From: Thermoanaerobaculia bacterium
Lineage (GTDB): Bacteria; Acidobacteriota; Thermoanaerobaculia; Multivoradales; Multivoraceae
DNA: 64,000 bases
Reading direction: 5' to 3'
NCBI GenBank assembly: GCA_963664405.1
Contig: OY761158.1
Coordinates: 1,184,001 to 1,248,000 of the forward strand
Made by a program: the position numbers and the translations under genes. This document shows positions 49,036 through 59,178 of this stretch, piece after piece. Position 1 is the stretch's first letter. Every line of letters begins with the position of its first letter. The notes under the pieces are model-generated. The model saw nothing but the letters and a program-made list of their open reading frames with translations, was not told the origin of the DNA and did not search any database.

Positions 49036-49704
49036 TCACGCACCAAGCCAGGCGGTGAGTCTTGATCTCTCGCGGACCAAGCCATCCTGATTGAAGTGGT
49101 GAACACAGAAGTGGGCCCAGGTATCTTCGAACGCCATCTCCATGTCACCCGTCACCGATGTGGTGCCTAGTCCGAGCTCCGCGTAGGTAAATTCGATGCT
49201 GCCGCTCGGACGCGCAATCGCAACATGAAACGGCTCACCATTGAACTCGTTGATCTTCGGGCTCCCGCTGCTCTTCAGTATGCCGGGTATCTCGGCCCTG
49301 GCGGTCCGCCCCTCCAGGTCGGCCACCAGGTCTATCGGCAAGAACAAAGTCTCGCAAAACTCGGAACAGGTCGACGCAAAGACAGAGAAGAAATTGCTCA
49401 AAGGCGCGCCGGCCCGCCCTGAAACTATCGTTTCGAGTGCACTCCGCTGTGCTTCATCCGCTCGTTCGTCGATGACGATCTGACGTTTTCCGTTACCGTC
49501 CGCGATCTCTCCCGGCCACTTGTAGAGACCCGCCCAGTTCAGTCCCCTGATCGGAGTGTCGTTGAAGTGACCTTCGACGATGTGGCCGATGAAGGCTGAT
49601 TGACAATAACCATAGGTGCTCGGCAGATTGAACTGGCAGCCGCAGTTGATCTCGCAATTGCAGTTATCGTAGGTCTCGCTCTTGAAGAGCCATTGATCCG
49701 TCAT
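49036..49704 (-). CDS. DUF1326 family protein
   Basis: DNCNC...CGC....PSTYGYC, IDERADEAQRSAL; GGAGG SD. Confidence 0.85.
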   Translation of the reverse strand: MTDQWLFKSETYDNCNCEINCGCQFNLPSTYGYCQSAFIGHIVEGHFNDTPIRGLNWAGLYKWPGEIADGNGKRQIVIDERADEAQRSALETIVSGRAGAPLSNFFSVFASTCSEFCETLFLPIDLVADLEGRTARAEIPGILKSSGSPKINEFNGEPFHVAIARPSGSIEFTYAELGLGTTSVTGDMEMAFEDTWAHFCVHHFNQDGLVRERSRLTAWLGA

Positions 49705-49718
49705 CTCGACGCTCCTCC

Positions 49719-49884
49719 CTAGACCAGCGTTTCCAAAGTTCGCGCACACATCTCGGCCCCTTCTGCCCGCTGGCGGCGTTGCGCCTCCTCGACATATTGC
49801 CCAATATGCCTGCGTCGCCGCGCCTGGCCAGCAAACAGAATGACCTCGAGCTATGCAACACGAACTCTGGAAACGCTGGTCTAG
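49719..49884. mobile_element. MITE-like element, copy B (166 bp, CTAG ends)
   Basis: 24-bp TIR CTAGACCAGCGTTTCCA(A/G)AGTTCG; interior is an inverted homolog of 33475-33641. Confidence 0.8.
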
Positions 49885-49925
49885 TCCTCTTGTGGCTCTC
49901 TGAAAGGCTTTGCCCTCGACGAGCT

Positions 49926-52508
49926 CTAGTCGCCGCTCTCCCCAACCCAAAAGGGGCTCGACCAGGCCATGCTTCCGTCGATCTGACGGACCCGCAGATA
50001 ATAATAATCGCCAGGCTGGGCTTCCCCCTGATCGGTAAAGCTGAAGTCCTGGTCCAGAGCCTGCCCGCTGGTCACGATCTGCGCCGAGAGCGCGTCGGTG
50101 TGCTTGAGCACCTGATACTCCTTGCGCTCGACCTGGCCCTTCAAATCTCCCAGCCGGAACTCCACCGTATTCGCCGGCAACTCCTGCCGCACTCGGGCAT
50201 AGCCGCCCGACCCCGAGGACTCCGTCGTTTTTTCCATATCGACGGTGATCACCGTATCCGGGCTCGCACCACTCAGCTCGAGCAGCAGCGATTTGCCTCG
50301 CCCGCGGGTCGGAAAGTCGAAATCGATTCGGTTGCGCCTCGCCGCATCGCCGGCAACGCGATAGGTCGCCGGTTGCGTGAACCACGGATCCCTGTACCCG
50401 GTCAGCCGCGCGCCCTTGACGTTTATCGATCCTTTCCAGGGACGCCCGCCGCGAGGAACCACCCGCTCGCCATGGACCTCCGTCGACGACTCGAAGGTGA
50501 TCTGCACCTGAGCCTCATTCGAGAGATCGCTCTCCAGATACCTCTTGGTGTACACGATAGTCCCGTTCTTGATCACATCGATCGCATCGATCGGTGCCGT
50601 GCCGTTCACCCGGCAGTCGATCCGCCGAACCGAGGAGTTCTCCTGACGCATGCCCATTCGCCCGCCGTTGAGCGTCACGTCGAGAAGGATCCGCTCGCCC
50701 GTCGTCGCATAGGTCGCACGGTTACGAAGCGCGCTGAAGATCTCGTCGGGACTGTTCTCTCCCGCCAAGGTCGCCGCCAGGCCACCCAGCTGTCGATTGC
50801 CGATGCCCGAGTATCCGGGGTGGCCGTTGTGGTTGTCGGATGCCCCGACGAAACCGACGTCGAACCCGTTCTGCAGGTACTTGTTGCCGAACCAATCGAA
50901 GGTGCCATGCCCCGACTGAATCTCGACCAGTCGCTCCATGTCGGGGTCGCTGTTCGTCCAGTCTCCGGCTTGATGAGCGTGAGGAATGATCAGCACATCG
51001 TCGGTGCCGTTCTGTCGGCGCAATCCCGCATAGAGCTCGTCGAGCAGGGGCGCCTCTTGATTCGGCATTCGGCGTCGCCCGGGCGTGTCACGGAAAAACA
51101 CGTTGTGGTGGCCACCATAAGGGAGCCGCGAGGTCCACTCGAAGCCGAGGATGGCGGTGAACTCACCCGGCACCCGGTATTTGTCGATCATCTCCTGCAG
51201 CGTTCGCCACTCACTGTCGTCCATCCAGATGTCGTGCTCAGACAGACTGAGAAAGTCGAGCCTGGCTACGTCGCGCCCGAATTTGTAATAGCCGTCCGGC
51301 GACCCCTGCCCCTCGGCGAACGCCGTGTGCCCGTGGGTCTCGCCCCAGTAAATACGATGCCCCGGATCGCTTTCCACCCGCACGGGATTGCTCGTCGCCT
51401 GCATCGAAGCGTCGGCGTTGCGAACCGTGAAGCGATAGATGCCCGGCTCGCTGAGACGCACATTCTCGAGCAGCGACATCGCCGGGCTTCCCGCCGCGAT
51501 CGTTCTGAACGGTTTCCCGTTAACCAGTACCTCGAGCGCGGGCGTAACCCCGGAAGAGAGGTTCTTGCTACGGTCCTCGGCTCGCACGGCTAGGGTGAAC
51601 GGTTCATCCGGTTCTACGATCGAAGGCGCCACCGCATTGACGTAGCGAACTTCGTTGCGACCGATCACTTCAAACGAAGGCCACCTCGGCCGCAGCAGAT
51701 CGCCCTTGCCCTCGATATCGGCGTAGAAGTGCAAGATCACCTGATCGTTCGACGCATCCTGGAGCCTGAGCCCGGGCCCACCGCCGGACCTCTCACCGTA
51801 GGTAATCGTGATCGTCTCGCCTTCCGCGAGCGCCGATCCACTCAGACGAAAGGGAAGGACGGCGCCGCGAAGCTGAAAGCTCAGCCACTCCGCCCAGGGC
51901 CTGCTCTGTGTAAAGGTCGCGTCCGGATTCGAGCTGCGAATGGTGACGTAGTTCTCCTGGGCCGGATCGTCGACCTGGATTCCCACACGTCGGCCCCCAC
52001 CCCGAAGAAGAATGCCGCCGCCCTCGGCCATACCCAAGCTTCCAACGGTGTAAATCTGCGTCACGGTGACGAGCTCGCCGGCATGAAAGGGTCCCGAGGG
52101 AGTGAGAGTCAGAGAGCCGACCGCGCCGGGGTGCTCGTCCTTGATCTGGAATTCGCGCGTATAGCGCCGGACAAACTCCGATACCGTCGCCACCGGCATC
52201 TGAGCCGCCCCACCCAGCCCTCGCAAGACCCGATTCGCGTTGGCCGTAAGCTGCGGAAAGCCATCGGGCACCGGTCCTCCCGTCAGCGAGTAGGCGTTGG
52301 CCCACTTCCACAGGGTGTCGAGCCGTTCGCTGAGGACCGCGGCATCGCTGCTGCTCTGGCGAGCTTCATCCTTCAACAATTCGACTCGCTGCCGTAGCTC
52401 GGCACTCAGGTAGTCGTCGCGGTCGCCTCGGTCTCCCCGCTGAGCGGTAAGCACGAAGAAGAGCGCGCATAGGGTTGCGAGGCCGATGGCTGTCCGGGGT
52501 CGATTCAT
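49926..52508 (-). CDS. Secreted DUF3604/CehA-McbA-like PHP-fold metallohydrolase (paralog 2)
   Basis: YWGETHGH, SEHD, GHHNV, PHAHQ, ASDNH, YYYLRV..AWSSP; collinear with 24566-27181. Confidence 0.8.
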   Translation of the reverse strand: MNRPRTAIGLATLCALFFVLTAQRGDRGDRDDYLSAELRQRVELLKDEARQSSSDAAVLSERLDTLWKWANAYSLTGGPVPDGFPQLTANANRVLRGLGGAAQMPVATVSEFVRRYTREFQIKDEHPGAVGSLTLTPSGPFHAGELVTVTQIYTVGSLGMAEGGGILLRGGGRRVGIQVDDPAQENYVTIRSSNPDATFTQSRPWAEWLSFQLRGAVLPFRLSGSALAEGETITITYGERSGGGPGLRLQDASNDQVILHFYADIEGKGDLLRPRWPSFEVIGRNEVRYVNAVAPSIVEPDEPFTLAVRAEDRSKNLSSGVTPALEVLVNGKPFRTIAAGSPAMSLLENVRLSEPGIYRFTVRNADASMQATSNPVRVESDPGHRIYWGETHGHTAFAEGQGSPDGYYKFGRDVARLDFLSLSEHDIWMDDSEWRTLQEMIDKYRVPGEFTAILGFEWTSRLPYGGHHNVFFRDTPGRRRMPNQEAPLLDELYAGLRRQNGTDDVLIIPHAHQAGDWTNSDPDMERLVEIQSGHGTFDWFGNKYLQNGFDVGFVGASDNHNGHPGYSGIGNRQLGGLAATLAGENSPDEIFSALRNRATYATTGERILLDVTLNGGRMGMRQENSSVRRIDCRVNGTAPIDAIDVIKNGTIVYTKRYLESDLSNEAQVQITFESSTEVHGERVVPRGGRPWKGSINVKGARLTGYRDPWFTQPATYRVAGDAARRNRIDFDFPTRGRGKSLLLELSGASPDTVITVDMEKTTESSGSGGYARVRQELPANTVEFRLGDLKGQVERKEYQVLKHTDALSAQIVTSGQALDQDFSFTDQGEAQPGDYYYLRVRQIDGSMAWSSPFWVGESGD

Positions 52509-52593
52509 GAGTTAGAGCCCTCGAGTCCTTGAGCCAAAATTTGTCTGTCCTTCTGGGTCAGGAGACATATCTTACTCGCAGCCACGCAACCCG

Positions 52594-53211
52594 CTACCAC
52601 CCGAAGCTGTCATGCTCAGAGCCGAGGTACTCCACCTCTTCGGGCGTCGACTCTCTGCCGAGCGCGGCATTGCGGTGAGGAAATCGACCGAAGCGCTCGA
52701 CGAGGTCAAAGTGCTGTTTGGCATACCTCCACTGGGTCGATAGAACCTTCTCCAACGGAACGGGCGCCCGCAGAGGAAGCGCCGAGAACTCTTCGAGAGA
52801 GCGGCTCTGCATCGCCGGGTCCTCGGCGTGCTCGAGCGGAAGGAGAGCGAAAACTGCCTCCACGGGATGAAGCTTCGCGACGTGGCCTCTCTCGAGCGAG
52901 AGTAAGCAGACCTCGAGAGCGAGAGGATCCAGCTCGAAGGCCCGTGCGGTGCCGCGATAGAGATTCCGCGGAAACTGGTCGAGCACAATGGTCAGCGCCA
53001 GAGCCGAGCGTGGGCCGGCCTTCCAGCCGTCGAGCTCGCCTGCCGCCGCACACTCCAGGGTCGGCCCGAATCGGATCCGGACCTCGTCGTCGAAGTGGGG
53101 ATCTGAGCCGTACCAGACAGTGTCGCGCTGTCGCGCAGTCTCAGCGCTGATCAGGCTGTCGGCAAACCAAAAGCTCAGAATGTCGTCGCTGAGTTTGGAG
53201 GACCCGGTCAC
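52594..53211 (-). CDS. DUF924 family protein
   Basis: LDQFPRN, LPLEHAED, RFGRFPHRNAALGR.ST.EE. Confidence 0.92.
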   Translation of the reverse strand: MTGSSKLSDDILSFWFADSLISAETARQRDTVWYGSDPHFDDEVRIRFGPTLECAAAGELDGWKAGPRSALALTIVLDQFPRNLYRGTARAFELDPLALEVCLLSLERGHVAKLHPVEAVFALLPLEHAEDPAMQSRSLEEFSALPLRAPVPLEKVLSTQWRYAKQHFDLVERFGRFPHRNAALGRESTPEEVEYLGSEHDSFGW

Positions 53212-53226
53212 GAGGAACTCTCGGCC

Positions 53227-54264
53227 TTATCTGTGTGCAGGTAAAGGCACGCCTCTGCCAAGATCCCTGGTTCGCTGTCTGGTCCTCGAAACGAAGGGGT
53301 TGTCCTCCAGGTGCTCGTCGATGGGATTGATCGCTCGCCCCAGAAAGCGCATCGCGTCTCGAGTCCTAAGCGCCATGAATTGATTCCCGATGTGATTGGC
53401 ACCGCGAACCAGCCGATACTCGTGCATGATGCCCTCGTCGAAGAGAATCCGGTGGAGAAACTCCGCGCCGCGATAGAGAAGGAGCACGTCCTCGTCGCCG
53501 ACCTCGAGGTAGATACTCATGCCCGCCTCGCGGATCCTCGCCGGGGCCTTGGCAACGATTGTGATCGGGTGGTTGGCGTTCCAATAATCGGCGTCGACGG
53601 GAGATCCGAAGATGGCGGGGTACACGTCCTCTCTGTAATGGGTGTCGAGAGACAGCGTGTCCTCCCAGCTTGCGACGGCCTCGATGGCCGGTTCGAGGGC
53701 AGCAACACCGGCGAATTTCTCAGGATACTTGAACGCCATCCTCAGCGAGCCCATGCCGCCCATCGAAGTGCCCATGAGGTACACCTGGTCCGGATCGACC
53801 TCGTAGCTCCGCAGCAAATGAGGTAGATACTCCTTGATGATCATCGACTCCCAGTTCTGGGAGCCGTCGCGATAGTCCATGTAAAACGATCGGCCCGCGG
53901 TTGGCGTGCTCCAGATGGCGGGTGCCAACTCGCCGGCATTGGTCACTTCGTCGATCGCAGCCGTCATGCCCTCGAGCTGCCTGGCGGAGCCGCCCCCGCC
54001 GTGCAGGTACAGGATCAGTGGGCTCGCCTCGCCCTTGCGGAGGCCCGGTGCGAGATAGACGCCGTACTCGAGCTCCGAGGGACTTTGCGCAGGGTCGGCC
54101 GCCTGCATGATATCTAGGCTGAAAGTTCCCGGCGTGGAGGAGGGATTTCCAGTCGGGGCCGCGAGCTCGACGCCGGCACTCGCGAGGGCAGAGATCGCCA
54201 GAGAACCGAGCAGAGTGACGACCGGCATTGCCAGCCGTCGATCGCGAACAGAGATTGCAGTCAT
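53227..54264 (-). CDS. Secreted alpha/beta hydrolase (esterase family)
   Basis: Signal peptide; YLHGGG; GTSMGG nucleophile elbow; GDED; GANH. Confidence 0.85.
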   Translation of the reverse strand: MTAISVRDRRLAMPVVTLLGSLAISALASAGVELAAPTGNPSSTPGTFSLDIMQAADPAQSPSELEYGVYLAPGLRKGEASPLILYLHGGGGSARQLEGMTAAIDEVTNAGELAPAIWSTPTAGRSFYMDYRDGSQNWESMIIKEYLPHLLRSYEVDPDQVYLMGTSMGGMGSLRMAFKYPEKFAGVAALEPAIEAVASWEDTLSLDTHYREDVYPAIFGSPVDADYWNANHPITIVAKAPARIREAGMSIYLEVGDEDVLLLYRGAEFLHRILFDEGIMHEYRLVRGANHIGNQFMALRTRDAMRFLGRAINPIDEHLEDNPFVSRTRQRTRDLGRGVPLPAHR

Positions 54265-54321
54265 GTTTTGAGCCCCTATCTGATGTCGTAAGAGTGAAGC
54301 CCGGATTATGACCGAATCACA

Positions 54322-55703
54322 TCAGCCAGGGCGGCGACCCCCGCCTCCTGGACCTCTTTGAAACTCGCTCTCGGAGACAAATCCATCGGAGTCGGCATCC
54401 AGACGGTCGAACCTATCCCGCATCGGCCTGGGCGCCTCGTCCAAACTGATGCGTCCGTCACCATCGGCGTCCAAGCTGCTGAAGTCCGGCCGGCCCCGAC
54501 CCCCTGGGCCTGCGCGCCCTCGGGCCCCGCCACCTCGGCCGCCGCCGGGTCCGCCCGGTCTCCCGCCCGGCCTTCCCCGGGGCTGTGGCCCGTCGGCGGT
54601 GGTTTGGATGCTCCAATCGTGACTCTGGTCGCGGGCGAGCTTTATCCGGTAGCTCTGGTTGACCGGCACGCAGAAGGTCAAGGCATCGTCACAGGCGTAG
54701 TAGAAGACATCCAGGTCAAGAGGCTCATCCACACTCTCGGCGGTCACATCGATCAAGAACTCGCGGGGGTCTGCGTCCGCCTCGGCCTCAACCTCGGGGC
54801 CAACTCCGCTCGCGGGCGTGACCGTGACTCCAGCTGGTGCGGTGAGCTCGAACTTGACCGGGCCGGCCTCGTTATTCCAATGCACGCGGTAGAGGGGATC
54901 GAGATGGAACGCCAGGTACATCTGGCCATTGCCGTCGGCAAGGATTCCAGGGTCGCCTTCCGCGCGGATCTTGGCGTAGAACGGAACCTTGCTTTCTTCC
55001 ACCAACGCCTCGACCTCGATCGGCCACATGACCTCGGGTTTCTCGATCCGAGCAACGATGTCCTTCGCCACTGTAGGGGCCGGCGGCTGCGCCGGCAGAT
55101 CCAGGTCTTCAACCCGGGTGGGCTGCTCGACCGCGCCCACCAGCCGCTCCATGTCAGCTCGTAGCTCCGCCGGGTTGCTCCAAGCGCGTCGGGCGACGAT
55201 GACGCCTTCGGGTCAATCACCAGCTCGCTATTCGGCGTCTGACCCATGGCCTTGTGCCACACGTTGTCCATGGTATCGGCGAGCCAATTCACCGATGTGC
55301 CGGTCACGCGCTTGGCTTCCGCCACGTGCATCAAGCGTTCCTCGATGGTGACCGGGCTGACGTAGTTGTTGTACTCGGGGTGCGCGAGGGGCTTGTAGAC
55401 GTAGTAGAAAACGACGCCCTTGGGAGCGTAATCTCTTTCGATCGTCTCCCAACTGGGGACGTTACGCAGAAAGGGCGGTCACGTAAGGCAGCCGAGGGTC
55501 ATCACCGTGTAATGACCCCGGGTGAGATCCCTCACTTTAGCCGGCTTACCCTGATCATCGACGAGAGTAAGGTCCGGGACACTCTCGCCGATTTCTGGCG
55601 CCACATCGAATCGGCCGTCCGCTCGCCTCTCTTGGGCGACGGCGATACTGGCTTGAATCATCGCGCCACTGATGAGCAACAGGGTTGCAAAGCGATGGCT
55701 CAT
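54322..55703 (-). CDS. Secreted deiodinase-like selenoprotein fused to nDsbD-like and EF-hand domains (UGA=Sec at 55479-55481; one frameshift at about 55211)
   Basis: Reading through TGA gives LGCLT-U-PPF...YVYKPLAHP...EER...DTMDN; adding 1 nt at IDP/EG joins ORF 54322-55152 with YACDDALTFC and two DxDxDG EF-hand loops. Confidence 0.8.
55435..55478 (-). promoter_or_regulatory. Bacterial SECIS-like hairpin directly 3' of the in-frame UGA
   Basis: CGUC-CCC[AGUU]GGG-A-GACG upper stem; apical loop starts 25 nt after UGA with G as second loop base; lower CUUUC/GAAAG stem. Confidence 0.65.
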
Positions 55704-55876
55704 GTCGGACTCCTATGCCCAGGCTTTCGTCGAGAAGGACTTGCGTTTGGCCCCATCCTACCGCACAGCAGGTCGGCCTCGGGACTCGCCGACGCCAAAC
55801 CCCGCCCTTCGTCAGGGAGTTGAAGAGTACCGGCGATGGACGCTCCGGCTCGGTGGCCCGGACCAAGCCGTCCGCC

Positions 55877-56989
55877 TCAAGCTGTGCGCGTTGACAGTCG
55901 CGGAGTGATGATGCCGAGCTCGATCGAGGTCTCGACCAGGTCGCGGATGGTGTCCTCGAGCGGGCGGATCGTCGCGCCGAGCACAGACTTCGCCTTCTTC
56001 GAGTCGTTGAGCACGTTCGACTCCACGGTTATCGGCTCGCCGCGGCTGGTCACCGTCGCCGGCTCTCCCAGCACGAACGACGGGAAGTTCTCGCTGATGA
56101 TCTCGGCAATGCCGGTTCCCAGGCGAAGCGCCGACCGGCCGCCGCTGCCGTGCATCATGTAGCGGTTGCCGCCCGCCGTGGCCTTGTGGTCCACCGGCGA
56201 CTCTGCGGCGAGACGGTGGGCCTTGACCAAGTCACGAACGTCGATGATGTTGTAAAACATGTCGTACTTGGACGGCCAGTTCGGCTCCAGGCCTCCCGCC
56301 AAACGACCGATCTGCTCGATCCACTGACCAACCTGCGCCTTGAACAGTATGGGACCGCAGATCATCGCCGGGTTCATCGTGATCACGTCCCACATGCCGC
56401 CGGAGTCGTCAGCCGCGGCGTTGATCAACCGTTCGGTGTCCACCTTGCTTCTCGCGTACGCGTTTGCCGGTCTCCGCCACTCGTCGGGGTCCACCTCGTC
56501 GGACGCCCAGTCGAGCTCGGTCCACTCGTAACCTTTAGGAAGCGTGGCGCGTTTTGCACCGCTGACCGCGGCCATCGAGCTAGTGTAGATCATGCGCTTG
56601 ACAGTGCCGCTCGCATTGACGGAACTGATCACGTTCTGCGTTCCGACCGTGCCGCCGTCGTAGACGTCCTGCGCCGTTTCGCCACTGGCGAGGGGCTGCG
56701 CCTCGGCCGAGTTTCCCAGTACCGCGGCGACGTGGAATACACAGCTGGCGCCCCCGAAGGCGTCGTCGTACGAACCTGGAGTGAATAGATCGCAACCGTC
56801 GACGATCTCGACATTGGGCAAACGGTCCAGATAGCTCACGCAATCCTGACCCCGCCACGAGCTGGCGTCACGGATACAGGCACGAACCTCATACCCGTGG
56901 AGAGCCAATTCACGGACCATGTGCCCGCCGGTGTTGCCGGAACATCCCGTTACAACGACGGGACCCTCTCGAGGGGTGATTGCTGACAT
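55877..56989 (-). CDS. NAD(P)-dependent reductase, dihydroflavonol/aldehyde reductase-like extended SDR
   Basis: TGCSGNTG, VFHVAA, YTSSMAA, YARSK, IDVRD. Confidence 0.85.
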   Translation of the reverse strand: MSAITPREGPVVVTGCSGNTGGHMVRELALHGYEVRACIRDASSWRGQDCVSYLDRLPNVEIVDGCDLFTPGSYDDAFGGASCVFHVAAVLGNSAEAQPLASGETAQDVYDGGTVGTQNVISSVNASGTVKRMIYTSSMAAVSGAKRATLPKGYEWTELDWASDEVDPDEWRRPANAYARSKVDTERLINAAADDSGGMWDVITMNPAMICGPILFKAQVGQWIEQIGRLAGGLEPNWPSKYDMFYNIIDVRDLVKAHRLAAESPVDHKATAGGNRYMMHGSGGRSALRLGTGIAEIISENFPSFVLGEPATVTSRGEPITVESNVLNDSKKAKSVLGATIRPLEDTIRDLVETSIELGIITPRLSTRTA

Positions 56990-57105
56990 TGGATCGGCTC
57001 CTAAGTGTTGTGGTTTGTGCACTCTGCCACTAGGAGCGGGCCATCCTACTCGCTAGGGCCGGCCCGAGAAGATCAGGGCGGCATGCCACCGATCTCTCGA
57101 CCCGC

Positions 57106-57906
57106 TCAGTGCTCCTGAAAGACGGGCTCGCGCTTGTTCAGAAAGGCCGCTATCGCCTCCCGGGCGTCGTCCGCTCCGAAATTCACCGTCTGCGCCATCG
57201 CCTCGGCGTCGAGGGCCTCGTTCAGGCTGTACGAGAGAGCGTCGGTGAGCATGCGCTTGGTCATCTTCAGAGCAAGCGGCGCACCCTGAGCCAGGCGCAC
57301 AGCCCACTCGTCGACAAAAGCATCGAGATCTTCGGTTGGAACCACGCGGTTGACGATGCCGATCCGTTCCGCCTCTTGGGCCGAGATCACTTCGGCGAGC
57401 AAGGCAAGCTCTTTCGCTTTGTGCATGCCGACCAGCCGCGGCAGCAGCCACGATCCTCCGCAGTCGAGGCTGAGACCGCGCTGCGCGAAAATCTCGGAGA
57501 AGCGGGCACGCTCGGAGGCAACGATCAGGTCGCAGCCGAGCGCCAGGTTGCAGCCGCCGCCGACCGCGACACCGTCGACCTTGGCAATCACCGGGGCGCT
57601 GATCTGGTGTAAGGCCAGAATGACTTTCGAAACGTCATGCATCTTGTCGAGCTGATGACGCGGCGGTGGAGGCTCGGCGCCGGCGGCCTCTCGGTCCGCG
57701 CCTTCGGAGAGGTCAGCGCCGGAACAGAAGTCGCCGCATGACCCGGTGATCACGAGCACTCTTTCGTTGTCGCGCTGGCCGAAGGTGGAAAAGACCTCGA
57801 GCAGCTCTTTCCACATCGTGCTGTTGAGCGCGTTCTTCTTGTGGGGGCGGTCGAGAGTGAGGGTGACTACCCCGGTGTCGGCGTGATCGAGTTTCAACGT
57901 TTCCAT
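57106..57906 (-). CDS. Enoyl-CoA hydratase/isomerase (PaaG-like)
   Basis: FCSGADL, AVGGG..LALGCD, DCGGSWLLPRLVG. Confidence 0.92.
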   Translation of the reverse strand: METLKLDHADTGVVTLTLDRPHKKNALNSTMWKELLEVFSTFGQRDNERVLVITGSCGDFCSGADLSEGADREAAGAEPPPPRHQLDKMHDVSKVILALHQISAPVIAKVDGVAVGGGCNLALGCDLIVASERARFSEIFAQRGLSLDCGGSWLLPRLVGMHKAKELALLAEVISAQEAERIGIVNRVVPTEDLDAFVDEWAVRLAQGAPLALKMTKRMLTDALSYSLNEALDAEAMAQTVNFGADDAREAIAAFLNKREPVFQEH

Positions 57907-58009
57907 AATGGGGACATCCTACCCTCGCCCCACCGCGATAGGATCGGCGGCGCTCTGAAAGCACTCGTCTCTCCGTCGCAAAAGGATAGAAGCCACAAGG
58001 AGTCTGAGG

Positions 58010-59155
58010 ATGAAGTCCAGAATCTGCAAGATGCTCGGGATCGAGTTCCCTCTTATCGCTTTCACCCACTGTCGCGACGTCGTCGTCGAAGTCACCAAGG
58101 CGGGAGGCATGGGTGTCATGGGAATCGCCGGTATGCCGGCCGAACAGCTAGAGATCGAGCTGTCCTGGATCGACGACAATATCGACGGTCTTCCCTACGG
58201 CGTCGATGTCCTGATCCCCAACGCCATGGTCACCCGCGACTCACAGCCAACGCCGGAGCAGGTGCTGGCGATGGTGCCTCAAGAGCATAAGCAATTCGCT
58301 TCGCAGATCCTCGAGGATCACGGCATCGACACCAGCGACATCAACGATGAAAGGCGGCTCCAGAGTACGGGCTTCGGCGACAACCTGCGGCCCGAGGGAG
58401 CGAAGAAGGTCGTCAATGTGGCGTTCTCGCACCCGATTCGGCTGATCGCCAACGCTCTTGGTGTGCCCCCCGATTGGCTGCTCCAAATGGGCAAAGAGCG
58501 AGGCGTCCCGGTTGCCGCTCTGGTCGGTGCCAAGCAGCACGCCATCAACCAGGTCAAGGCCGGGGTCGACATCCTGGTGGTCTCCGGCACCGAAGGCGGC
58601 GGCCACTGCGGCAGTGTCTCGTCGATGGTGCTGATTCCCGAGATCTACGAAGCCATCCAGGAGTACGGCGATGTGCCGATCCTGGCCGCCGGCGGCATCA
58701 TGACCGGAAAGCAGATGGCGGCGGCGATGGCAATGGGCGCCGACGGGGCGTGGACAGGGTCGATCTGGCTCACCACCACCGAGGCAGAGACCTCGGAGGT
58801 GATGAAGCGGAAATTCATCGAGGCGAGCTCGAGCCAGACGGTGCGCTCTCGGAGCCGCACCGGCAAGCACGCCCGTCAGCTCTCCTCTGCCTGGACCGAG
58901 GCATGGGAGTCGGAGGGAAGCCCGGAGCCCTTGCCGATGCCCCTCCAGACCATCGTCAGCGAGCCGGCGCTCGCCAAGGTGCGCAAGCTCGGCGAGATCG
59001 GTCACGAAGGAGCGATCGAGGTCGAGACCTACTTTGTCGGGCAGGGCGTCGGCCTGGTCGACAAGATCCAGTCGACGCGCAACGTCGTCTATGGATTCCA
59101 GCAAGACTTCGTCAAAGCCTACGGTCGCCTGTCCGACTTTCTCGAAGATTCTTGA
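58010..59155 (+). CDS. Nitronate monooxygenase / FabK-like flavoprotein
   Basis: FTHCRDVV, GTEGGGHCG, LAAGGI, GAWTGS. Confidence 0.88.
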   Translation: MKSRICKMLGIEFPLIAFTHCRDVVVEVTKAGGMGVMGIAGMPAEQLEIELSWIDDNIDGLPYGVDVLIPNAMVTRDSQPTPEQVLAMVPQEHKQFASQILEDHGIDTSDINDERRLQSTGFGDNLRPEGAKKVVNVAFSHPIRLIANALGVPPDWLLQMGKERGVPVAALVGAKQHAINQVKAGVDILVVSGTEGGGHCGSVSSMVLIPEIYEAIQEYGDVPILAAGGIMTGKQMAAAMAMGADGAWTGSIWLTTTEAETSEVMKRKFIEASSSQTVRSRSRTGKHARQLSSAWTEAWESEGSPEPLPMPLQTIVSEPALAKVRKLGEIGHEGAIEVETYFVGQGVGLVDKIQSTRNVVYGFQQDFVKAYGRLSDFLEDS

Positions 59156-59178
59156 GGAAGACACTAAGGAGAGCCACG

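Noticed and set aside
54485-54585. GC-rich repetitive tract
   Set aside because: Encodes the Gly/Arg/Pro linker of the selenoprotein; not a CRISPR array or satellite
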